Below are positions 15,648 through 22,230 of a stretch of 37,229 nucleotides of DNA, piece by piece. The notes below the pieces were generated by a model that did not search any database, was not told the DNA's origin, and saw only the letters and a list, made by a program, of their open reading frames with translations. Source of the stretch: Candidatus Uhrbacteria bacterium RIFCSPHIGHO2_02_FULL_53_13. GTDB lineage: Bacteria; Patescibacteriota; Patescibacteriia; UBA9934; UBA11717. Position numbers and translations under genes: made by a program. Position 1 is the first letter of the stretch, and each line of letters begins with the position of its first letter. The stretch is taken from NCBI GenBank assembly GCA_001791035.1, contig MGDX01000006.1:1787-39015 (forward strand), given 5' to 3'.

Positions 15648-15722
15648 GGAAGTTGGAGGTTAGAGATTGGAAGTCGGAACTCGCGAGGCCTTACTAGAAG
15701 CTAAAAGCCAACGGCCAATAGC
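15648..15722 (+). repeat. Copy B of the roughly 75-nt intergenic repeat element (copy A at 3247..3324)
   Basis: Same ordered blocks as copy A: GGAAGTTG, GTTAGAGAT, GTCGGAACT, GCGAGGCC, AACGGCCAATAGC. It occupies the spacer between the two tRNAs. Confidence 0.6.
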
Positions 15723-15743
15723 GCACATGCAAGGAATGTACAC

Positions 15744-15820
15744 AGCGGGGTAGAGCAGCCAGGCAGCTCGCCAGGCCCATAACCTGGAGGTCGCAGGTTC
15801 GAATCCTGCCCCCGCAACCA
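15744..15820 (+). tRNA. Initiator tRNA-fMet (anticodon CAT)
   Basis: AGCGGGG-TA-GAGC-AGCCAGGCA-GCTC-G-CCAGG-CCCATAA-CCTGG-AGGTC-GCAGG-TTCGAAT-CCTGC-CCCCGCA-A-CCA. It has a 1:72 mismatch (A-A) and A11:U24, both initiator hallmarks, and close overall similarity to bacterial tRNA-fMet. Confidence 0.9.
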
Positions 15821-15825
15821 AAATG

Positions 15826-15858
15826 CGCATCTCTCTTATGAGAGGTGCGGATTTTTTT
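15826..15858 (+). terminator. Rho-independent terminator after the tRNA pair
   Basis: 10-bp stem CGCATCTCTC/GAGAGGTGCG, TTAT loop, then a T7 run. Confidence 0.8.
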
Positions 15859-15892
15859 GTTATACTGGATGCATCCTAATATCTCGTATACT
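15858..15892 (+). promoter_or_regulatory. Putative lemA promoter elements
   Basis: TG-t-TATACT at 15858-15866, and a second TATACT at 15887-15892 that ends 8 nt before the ATG at 15901. Confidence 0.35.
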
Positions 15893-15900
15893 CGAATCAT

Positions 15901-16485
15901 ATGAACAAAAGAAAATCGCTTACTCCGTATCTATTGGTTGTCGCTATTGTTTTGGTGCTTGCTCTCTGGCTTGGCGGAACCTACAACGGTCTTGTGCAAA
16001 AAGATTCGCTCGTGCAGACGCGCTTTGCGGATGTGGAAGCGCAATATCAGCGACGCTTCGACTTGATTCCAAACGTGGTGAGCACCGTGGAGGGTTCGGC
16101 GGCGTTTGAGCAAGATACGCTTCAAGCGGTTACCGAAGCGCGCAGTGCGTGGGCGCGCGCGGGAGCCGCGCGTGACATGGACGGCCAAGTGGCGGCGGCA
16201 GGCGTGTTTGACTCCGCGCTGACGCGGTTGCTCGTGACCGTGGAAGCATATCCTGTCATTCAAAGCACGCAGGCGTTTCGCGATTTGATGACCGAGCTTG
16301 AAGGCACGGAAAACCGCATTGCCGTTGCGCGCCGCGACTACAACCAGGCGGTCAACACCTACAATGTGGCGGTTCGCCGCGTTCCATCAAACATCGTGGC
16401 GGCGTTGTTTGGATTCGATGCGCATGAGTTTTTCGCGGCGGTGGAGAACGCCGAGGCGGCTCCGTCGGTTGAGTTTGAACTTTAG
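15901..16485 (+). CDS. lemA: LemA family protein
   Basis: N-terminal TM helix followed by ..YNGLV......V...FADVEAQYQRRFDLIPN.V..V.. and ..RR.YN.AV..YN... This is the LemA signature. Confidence 0.88.
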   Translation: MNKRKSLTPYLLVVAIVLVLALWLGGTYNGLVQKDSLVQTRFADVEAQYQRRFDLIPNVVSTVEGSAAFEQDTLQAVTEARSAWARAGAARDMDGQVAAAGVFDSALTRLLVTVEAYPVIQSTQAFRDLMTELEGTENRIAVARRDYNQAVNTYNVAVRRVPSNIVAALFGFDAHEFFAAVENAEAAPSVEFEL

Positions 16486-16486
16486 T

Positions 16487-17209
16487 ATGTTGCGCAGAGG
16501 CTTGGTTGCTTTGTTGGCTCTCGCATCTCTGCTGCCGGCGATGGGTTTTGCGTACACATCTCCGGGAACGCCATCGGGGTATGTGAACGATTTTGCGGAT
16601 ATTCTCTCGCCAAGCGCCGAAGCGACTTTAGAAGAAATGCTTTTGCAGTTCGAACAGGAGACATCGCACGAGATTGCGGTGGTCACAATTCCATCGCTTG
16701 GCGGAGATGATATTGAATCGTATGCCAACACGCTGTTTAGAGAGTGGGGCGTTGGACAGGCGGACGTCAACAACGGCGTGCTGTTTTTGGCGGCCATGGA
16801 GGATCGCAAGATGCGCATTGAGGTTGGCTACGGACTTGAAGGTGCGCTGACGGACATTGAAGCCAAGCACATCATTAGCAACGTGATTGCGCCGGCATTT
16901 CGGGAGGAAGACTTTGACGAGGGCATTGCCGCTGGGGTTGAAGCCATCAAGGCGGCGACAGAGTCGGAACTGGTCGTAGATGATGAGCAGAGTTTTTCGG
17001 TCGTTGCTTTTCTCACAATGTTCATTGGCATTTTCGTTGTCGCGTTCGTCATCATTGCCATTGGCTTTTACTTTTCACGAAAGGGCGGCGGGAAGGGCGG
17101 TCGGCGCAGTGGGTGGGATTGGAAGAGCGGATCGTCGAGCGGCGGCTCGTCCAGCGGAGGCTTTGGCGGCGGATCATCGGGAGGCGGCGGCGCGTCTGGA
17201 GGGTGGTAA
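16487..17209 (+). CDS. TPM-domain (YgcG/TLP18.3-like) membrane protein with a Gly/Ser-rich tail
   Basis: ATG 16487 lies 1 nt after the lemA stop (the ORF-track start 16298 overlaps lemA). Signal peptide, ..YVNDFADILS......LE..L..FE..T..EIAVVT... pattern, a TM helix and a GGSSSGGFGGGSSGGGG tail. LemA-TPM pairing is common. Confidence 0.85.
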   Translation: MLRRGLVALLALASLLPAMGFAYTSPGTPSGYVNDFADILSPSAEATLEEMLLQFEQETSHEIAVVTIPSLGGDDIESYANTLFREWGVGQADVNNGVLFLAAMEDRKMRIEVGYGLEGALTDIEAKHIISNVIAPAFREEDFDEGIAAGVEAIKAATESELVVDDEQSFSVVAFLTMFIGIFVVAFVIIAIGFYFSRKGGGKGGRRSGWDWKSGSSSGGSSSGGFGGGSSGGGGASGGW

Positions 17210-17233
17210 ACACGAAAGGTTACAAAAGAGTAG

Positions 17234-17263
17234 CGGCAGGCCTTGACGCCTGCTGTTTGTTTT
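17234..17263 (+). terminator. Rho-independent terminator after the TPM gene
   Basis: Stem CGGCAGGC/GCCTGCTG (8 bp, one G-U), 6-nt loop, then TTTGTTTT. Confidence 0.6.
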
Positions 17264-17271
17264 GCTATAAA
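17243..17271 (+). promoter_or_regulatory. Putative promoter of the two-gene hypothetical cassette
   Basis: TTGACG (in the terminator loop), 17 nt, TG-c-TATAAA extended -10. The ATG is 15 nt downstream. Confidence 0.5.
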
Positions 17272-17286
17272 GGGTCGGGAACAATC

Positions 17287-17712
17287 ATGCCTCTGATCGA
17301 AATCAAAGGACTAGATCCAAGGATGTTGACGACGGACGTTGTGAGCTGTTTGAAGGCGTATCAATTGAGACATCAAGCAACTCTAGCCGACCATATTGAC
17401 GATCGAGTGTTGTGGGAGAGGATTGTTGAGCGTCGTGTCACGTCAATGATTCGCACGACAAGCTTTCCGAACTTTAGACAGGATACGACGGTGACGTTTA
17501 GCTTTTCGCTTTGGCGAGAAGCGACAGCGCAGAACGTTGTCGTGATTGTTCGTGGATTGTTTGTGCATCCCGACCGTACGCGCGACACAAAGAACGGTTT
17601 GCTTAACAGGCTGAACAGGGCGTTGTCCTGGTATATCCCCTTGGGTTGGGGACTGGAATTGTGGACGGAATCTGTCGATCTCCATTCGGAAGGGTACTGG
17701 GCACGTGAGTAA
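17287..17712 (+). CDS. Hypothetical protein (141 aa), possibly tautomerase-superfamily-like (Pro-1)
   Basis: ATG 17287 is preferred over ORF-track start 17113, which overlaps the TPM gene and its terminator. It begins MPLIEIKGL.. and appears to contain two beta-alpha-beta-like halves (PLIEIKGL.., VVVIVRGL..). The family assignment is a weak impression only. Confidence 0.5.
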   Translation: MPLIEIKGLDPRMLTTDVVSCLKAYQLRHQATLADHIDDRVLWERIVERRVTSMIRTTSFPNFRQDTTVTFSFSLWREATAQNVVVIVRGLFVHPDRTRDTKNGLLNRLNRALSWYIPLGWGLELWTESVDLHSEGYWARE

Positions 17713-18058
17713 TCCGATAGACCGAGGCCTTTGCCTCGTGCTCAAGGGCGGCAATCTGTCCCAAGACCTGCTAACGGCATGTCTGTATCAGGCACTCGCC
17801 ATGATCCGCGATCAGGCGAAACGGTTCGACTTTGACGGAAAAGATGCCGCGGGTCGAATCGTGAACACGGGACGCTACCAGTGCCTCGGCGGATTCGCCG
17901 GCGTGCTCGTTGAAGTCAACGTCGAGCACGGTGATTGCTCAACGAGCATGACGATGCTCGTCAAACCCGTGGACCACTTCCCGATGGGAGAGTGGAAGAA
18001 CGTCGTACTCGACGATGGAAAATGGCGGCTTGAGAACGAAGAGCCGTGTTGGAACTAA
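17705..18058 (+). CDS. Hypothetical protein (117 aa)
   Basis: The GTG start overlaps the upstream stop by 8 nt (GTGAGTAA). No motif recognised. A strong terminator follows. Confidence 0.45.
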   Translation: MSNPIDRGLCLVLKGGNLSQDLLTACLYQALAMIRDQAKRFDFDGKDAAGRIVNTGRYQCLGGFAGVLVEVNVEHGDCSTSMTMLVKPVDHFPMGEWKNVVLDDGKWRLENEEPCWN

Positions 18059-18064
18059 CGCAAA

Positions 18065-18098
18065 CACCCCGGTCGCTTGGCCGGGGTGCGCTTTTTTT
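18065..18098 (+). terminator. Rho-independent terminator (hairpin shared with the convergent tRNA-Leu)
   Basis: 10-bp stem CACCCCGGTC/GGCCGGGGTG, GCTT loop, then CGC-T7. Confidence 0.8.
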
Positions 18099-18119
18099 CA
18101 AAAATCGGTTTGAGTCTTT

Positions 18120-18206
18120 TGGTGGGCGGAGAGGGAATCGAACCCTCACAGTATTGCTACCACTGGATTTTGAGTCCAGCGCGTCTACCAATTCCGCCAT
18201 CCGCCC
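18120..18206 (-). tRNA. tRNA-Leu (anticodon CAA), type II with a long variable arm
   Basis: The minus strand reads GGGCGGA-TG-GCGG-AATTGGTAGA-CGC-G-CTGGA-CTCAAAA-TCCAG-TGGTAGCAATACTGT-GAGGG-TTCGATT-CCCTC-TCCGCCC-A-CCA. 87 nt. Confidence 0.92.
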
Positions 18207-18253
18207 CCCAAAAGACACAAAAAATTCTCTCGTTATTGCTCAAAACATCTTCG

Positions 18254-18282
18254 ATCGTATGCGGATTTGCTCGAGTTGTCAA
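18254..18282 (-). promoter_or_regulatory. Putative tRNA-Leu promoter
   Basis: On the minus strand, TTGACA (18282-18277), 17 nt, TACGAT (18259-18254). Confidence 0.5.
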
Positions 18283-18321
18283 CATGTACGGCGTTGTCCA
18301 CACGCACGTATGTCGATATTT

Positions 18322-18330
18322 TGTTATACT
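18322..18330 (+). promoter_or_regulatory. Extended -10 element upstream of parA
   Basis: TG-t-TATACT, ending 11 nt before ATG 18342. Confidence 0.4.
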
Positions 18331-18341
18331 GCAAACGGACT

Positions 18342-19133
18342 ATGGCGCAGATTTTCGCGATCGTAAACCAGAAAGGGGGAGTTGGAAAAACGACGACGAC
18401 CCTTAATCTGGGAGCGTATTTGAGTGCATGCGGAAAAAAGGTGCTTATGGTGGACTTGGATCCGCAGGCCAATGCCACATCTGGAATTGGCATTGACCAT
18501 CAAGCGCTTGAGCAAAGTGTGTATGATCTGTTGGTCGGTCGCGTCACGATTGGGCAGGTGATTTACAAAACCTCGCACGATGGCCTCCACATCGTGCCGT
18601 CCAATCAGGCGCTCGCGGGCGCCAGCGTGGAGCTCGTGAGCGAGCAGAATCGCGAATTCAAACTCGCGCAAGCGCTCGAGCCGGTGCGTACAGAGTACGA
18701 CTTTATTCTGGTGGATTGCCCTCCGTCGCTCGGCCTTCTGACGCTCAACGGGCTTGTCGCCGCCGATCGTGTGCTCATTCCCATTCAAGCCGAGTACTAC
18801 GCGCTCGAAGGATTGGGGCAACTGCTCAACACGATTCGTCTTGTGAAAGAGAACCTGCGGCCGGAGCTCGATGTGTTTGGCGCGCTCATCACCATGTACG
18901 ACAGCCGCACGCGCCTTTCCAAAGACGTGATGACGGAGCTGTACCGTCACTTTCCCGACAAAATCTTCCGTTCGGTTATTCCTCGTTCGGTGCGCTTGGC
19001 GGAAGCCCCGAGCTTTGGGCAAACGATTTTGGGGTATGCGCCGGACAGCAAAGCCGCGCGTTCCTATGAACGTCTGCGCGATGAATTTCTTGTGAGATTT
19101 GATGAAGGGGCCTTAGTGCCATCCATGCTATGA
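18342..19133 (+). CDS. parA: Chromosome partitioning ATPase ParA/Soj
   Basis: ATG 18342 gives MAQIFAIVNQKGGVGKTTTTLNLGA (deviant Walker A). The ORF-track start 18267 would extend upstream across this ATG and the -10 element at 18322-18330. Confidence 0.92.
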   Translation: MAQIFAIVNQKGGVGKTTTTLNLGAYLSACGKKVLMVDLDPQANATSGIGIDHQALEQSVYDLLVGRVTIGQVIYKTSHDGLHIVPSNQALAGASVELVSEQNREFKLAQALEPVRTEYDFILVDCPPSLGLLTLNGLVAADRVLIPIQAEYYALEGLGQLLNTIRLVKENLRPELDVFGALITMYDSRTRLSKDVMTELYRHFPDKIFRSVIPRSVRLAEAPSFGQTILGYAPDSKAARSYERLRDEFLVRFDEGALVPSML

Positions 19134-20035
19134 AAAAAAAATCAGGACTTGGGAAGGGGCTTGGTTCGCTTATTCCGGAAAGGAGCGTTGAGCGTGTCAT
19201 CAGCGCGTCGGCCGATCCGAAAACAACTTCGGGGCGAGTGCTTGAAGTTCCCGTGGACAGCATTGAAGTGAATCCGCGTCAACCGCGCACGCATTTTAGT
19301 CCCAGCGATTTAGAAGATTTGATTGCCAGTATCAAGCAGTACGGCATCGTCCAGCCGCTTGTCGTGACGCAAACGAACGCCGGGTATCAACTCATCGCGG
19401 GCGAGCGTCGTCTGCGTTCGGCAAAAATGCTGGGGCTCGAGTATGTGCCCGTGGTGGTGCGCACGGCGACCGATCAAGAAAAGCTCGAGCTCGCTTTGAT
19501 TGAGAACATCCAGCGTCAGGATTTAAACGCGGTGGAAGAAGCGCGCGCGTATCGTGCGCTCATGGACTCGTTTGATTTGACGCAAGAGGAAGTGGCCAAG
19601 CGTGTGGGAAAAAGTCGCAGTGCGGTAGCAAACACGATTCGCTTGTTGGACTTGAATGAGGAGATGCTCGAGGCGCTCATGGACGGTGAGATTACGCGTT
19701 CGCACGCTCGCGCGCTCTTGGCGCAAAGCGATCCGATATTGCGCAACCAAATGTTTTTGCAAATGCTCGCCGGCGATTTGTCGGTGCGTGAGGCGGAAGT
19801 GCTTTCCACCAACAAGCGCTCGGTTCGCCAACCGTCTTCTGTTTCTAAAGACCCGAATGTCGAGGCGCAAGAACGCTCGCTCGAATCCTTGTTTGGCACC
19901 AAGGTGCGCATTGAAACAAAACCGGACGGCAAAGGAAAAATTGTCATCCACTATTTTTCCAACGAGGAAATGTACAAAGTGCTGGATTTGATGGGCACGA
20001 TTCACGTGGAAGTCGAAGCCCACCGGGCTTTTTAG
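19130..20035 (+). CDS. parB: Chromosome partitioning protein ParB/Spo0J
   Basis: ..GLGKGLGSLIP.., ..NPRQPR..F....L.EL..SI...G..QP..V.. and ..IAGERR.RA.. are ParB box motifs. ATGA overlap with parA. Confidence 0.92.
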   Translation: MKKKSGLGKGLGSLIPERSVERVISASADPKTTSGRVLEVPVDSIEVNPRQPRTHFSPSDLEDLIASIKQYGIVQPLVVTQTNAGYQLIAGERRLRSAKMLGLEYVPVVVRTATDQEKLELALIENIQRQDLNAVEEARAYRALMDSFDLTQEEVAKRVGKSRSAVANTIRLLDLNEEMLEALMDGEITRSHARALLAQSDPILRNQMFLQMLAGDLSVREAEVLSTNKRSVRQPSSVSKDPNVEAQERSLESLFGTKVRIETKPDGKGKIVIHYFSNEEMYKVLDLMGTIHVEVEAHRAF

Positions 20036-20041
20036 CCGGCT

Positions 20042-21553
20042 TCAGATTCTTTTTGTTTTCGTGGCGGCTCCCATCATTCCATCAATCCACTGTCTCACGC
20101 GATTCCGCGTCGCCGCGCGGATTTTTGATTGCGCGTGATGCGTTTTGACGAATTTGAGCCAATCCGGATTCGGGCCTTTGCGCTTTTTGTCGGTGACAAT
20201 GATGCACAAATCGCCGGATTTGAGCGGCAGGTCGAGTGGCACGGCATGATCGTTCACGCTCGCCGACACGCATTTGTTTCCAACGTCGGTGTGAATATGA
20301 TACGCAAAATCAACGGGCGTCGATCCTTCCGGCAGGTCAATCACATCGCCCTCGGGAGTCAGAACAAAAATGCGATCTTGAAACATGTCGAGCTTCACTT
20401 CGTCCAAGTGTTTGAGAAAATCTTTTCCGCTGGAAATTTCTTTGTGGATGTCAATCAGATCCTGCATCCACGGAATCTTTGGCGGGTCTTCTGAACCGTG
20501 CTGTTTGTAATGCCAATGTGCCGCCACGCCAAACTCGGCTTCGTTATGCATGTCTTTGGTGCGAATCTGAAACTCGACAATGCCGCAGTGTTCATCCAAG
20601 ACGGTGCTGTGCAATGACTGATATCCGTTCGGCTTTGGCTGGGCAATGTAGTCCTTGATGCGGCCTTTGAGCGGCACCCAGTGTGAGTGCAAGATACCAA
20701 GAGCGGCATAGCAATCGGTAACGGAGTCCACGATCATACGTATGGCAATGAGATCGTAAATCTTGGAAACGTCTCCGTGATACGACTGCAGTTTGCGCCA
20801 AAAGCTGTACAGAAATTTGCGGCGGCCAGAAATGTATTGAATCGGAATATGGGCTTTCTGAAGCTGTGTTCGCGCTTCGGCGATGGTGAATTCTATATCG
20901 TCGGTTCTGACCTGCACCTGTTGATCAAAGAGTGTTTTTGCGGCGTCATACTCCTGTGGCATGGCATATCGAAACGCGTTGTCTTCGAGCCGCCCCTTCA
21001 TCTCACCCATGCCCAAACGACCAGCAATTGGTGCGTAAATTTCCAGCACTTCTTTGGCAACACGCTGGCGTTTGTGTTCCGGCATGGCAAAGAGTGTTTC
21101 GACATTGTGCAGGCGATCGGCAAACTTAATAAAGACGACGCGGACGTCCGCCGCCATAGCCAGAAACATCTTGCGCAGATTCTCGGCGTAGCGATCGATG
21201 CCGCGATATTTGACCTTCCCAAGTTTGGTGACGCCGGCCACCATGGAGGCGATGTCCTCGCCAAACGCCTCTTGCACATCTTCGAGTGTACGATCCGTAT
21301 CTTCGGGGACATCGTGCAACAAACCGGCGATGACGATTTCAAGTGGGAGTTGCATTTCGGCCAAGCGCACGGCTGTGGCAATAGGGTGGATGATGTAAGA
21401 GGCGCCGGAGTAACGTCGCTTGGTTCCGTGCGCTTCTTTGGCATACAAATATGCATCCCGGACGCGATCAATGTCAGGATGTTCGTAGTGTGTTTTGAGG
21501 ACGCGCTCAAGGTCCTCAAATGACCACAGGTACTCTTGTGGTTGAGATTTCAT
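20042..21553 (-). CDS. rel: Bifunctional (p)ppGpp synthetase/hydrolase Rel (HD-SYNTH-TGS), C-terminally truncated
   Basis: HD motif LLHDVPEDT, synthetase motifs GRRKFLYSFWRK, DLIAIRMIV, YQSLHSTV, VEFQIRT, and a TGS segment IFVLTPEGDVIDLPEGSTPVDFAY.IH. ATG 21553 (MKSQPQEY..) is preferred. The 194-codon upstream extension in the ORF track is antisense to ORF 21648..22196. Confidence 0.9.
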   Translation of the reverse strand: MKSQPQEYLWSFEDLERVLKTHYEHPDIDRVRDAYLYAKEAHGTKRRYSGASYIIHPIATAVRLAEMQLPLEIVIAGLLHDVPEDTDRTLEDVQEAFGEDIASMVAGVTKLGKVKYRGIDRYAENLRKMFLAMAADVRVVFIKFADRLHNVETLFAMPEHKRQRVAKEVLEIYAPIAGRLGMGEMKGRLEDNAFRYAMPQEYDAAKTLFDQQVQVRTDDIEFTIAEARTQLQKAHIPIQYISGRRKFLYSFWRKLQSYHGDVSKIYDLIAIRMIVDSVTDCYAALGILHSHWVPLKGRIKDYIAQPKPNGYQSLHSTVLDEHCGIVEFQIRTKDMHNEAEFGVAAHWHYKQHGSEDPPKIPWMQDLIDIHKEISSGKDFLKHLDEVKLDMFQDRIFVLTPEGDVIDLPEGSTPVDFAYHIHTDVGNKCVSASVNDHAVPLDLPLKSGDLCIIVTDKKRKGPNPDWLKFVKTHHAQSKIRAATRNRVRQWIDGMMGAATKTKRI

Positions 21554-21647
21554 GTGCGATGCTGTGTCAAGGGTGCCAAAAAAGCGTATCCTAGCCAATT
21601 CTTTCTGTAAAGTGTAGGCTGTGCGTATTATTCGTGTAGTCCATTGT

Positions 21648-22196
21648 ATGGCAGAACGTGAATTGGCTCGCGCAAGAGCTGAAGAACAAGCGGTAACAAC
21701 AGAGTCGGAGCGTCCACGTGAACAACCAAGGGGTGAAACTGCAGAAGCGGCCGCGGAAACGGCTCCTGCGCCCGCTCGTGTAAGTGATGGGGAGCGCGCG
21801 GCGGCGACGGAAAGCGCAACGGTGGGCGCGCGAGAAGCCGTGAGCGCGCGCGATCGGCTTGTTGGCGCGGCAAAAAAAGCGGGAAAGGGAGCGCTGGGCG
21901 CGGCAAAAGCCACAGGCAAAGCGGCGGGAAAAGCCGTCTCTTTCAGCGGTGGATGGTTAGGCAACGAAATGGTGTCCGATTGGAATCGCACGGCGTTGGG
22001 GTTTGGCGAGCGCATGCGGCGCATCACGAATGTCGCGGGGCGAATCTTCAATCCGTTCATTCGCATGGGAGCGGCGATGGAAGATTGGGCAAAGGGATAT
22101 CCTCCGTTTAGTTGGTTTATGAAAAAGACGGACACGACAGAAGCGTTGGAAGATCTTCTTCCGGATTACGGAAAAGGCGATGGCAAGAAGAAATAA
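21648..22196 (+). CDS. Hypothetical Ala/Glu-rich protein (182 aa)
   Basis: Starts MAERELARARAEEQ... The N-half is low complexity. The C-half is aromatic-rich (..GGWLGNEMVSDWNRTALGFGERM..NPFIRMGAAMEDWAKGYPPFSWF..). No family recognised. Confidence 0.5.
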   Translation: MAERELARARAEEQAVTTESERPREQPRGETAEAAAETAPAPARVSDGERAAATESATVGAREAVSARDRLVGAAKKAGKGALGAAKATGKAAGKAVSFSGGWLGNEMVSDWNRTALGFGERMRRITNVAGRIFNPFIRMGAAMEDWAKGYPPFSWFMKKTDTTEALEDLLPDYGKGDGKKK

Positions 22197-22199
22197 CAG

Positions 22200-22230
22200 C
22201 ACCCGGCGCATCGAGGACGATGGCCGGGTG
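22200..22230. terminator. Hairpin between convergent genes (likely a bidirectional terminator)
   Basis: CACCCGGC(G)CATCG-AGGA-CGATGGCCGGGTG: 13 bp with one bulge. It fills the gap between the stops at 22196 and 22231. Confidence 0.5.

Noticed and set aside
15694-15900. ORFs that overlap tRNA genes (15694..15900 minus, 4544..4822 minus, 17961..18218 minus, 18046..18406 plus).
   Set aside because: They run through tRNA genes and terminators, and their sequences are not protein-like.
19998-20013. A parS-like site, CGATTCACGTGGAAGT, near the 3' end of parB.
   Set aside because: Only about 11 of 16 positions match the TGTTTCACGTGAAACA consensus, and the symmetry is limited to CACGTG. That is too weak to call without genome-wide comparison. 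Other CACGTG occurrences (6824, 17703, 37128) match even less.
21554-22135. The 194-codon N-terminal extension of the rel ORF (ORF track 20042..22135, 697 aa).
   Set aside because: The extension is Ala/Ser/Pro-rich low-complexity sequence, exactly antisense to the plus-strand ORF 21648..22196. A canonical Rel N-terminus (MKSQPQEY..HPDIDRV..) begins at ATG 21553.
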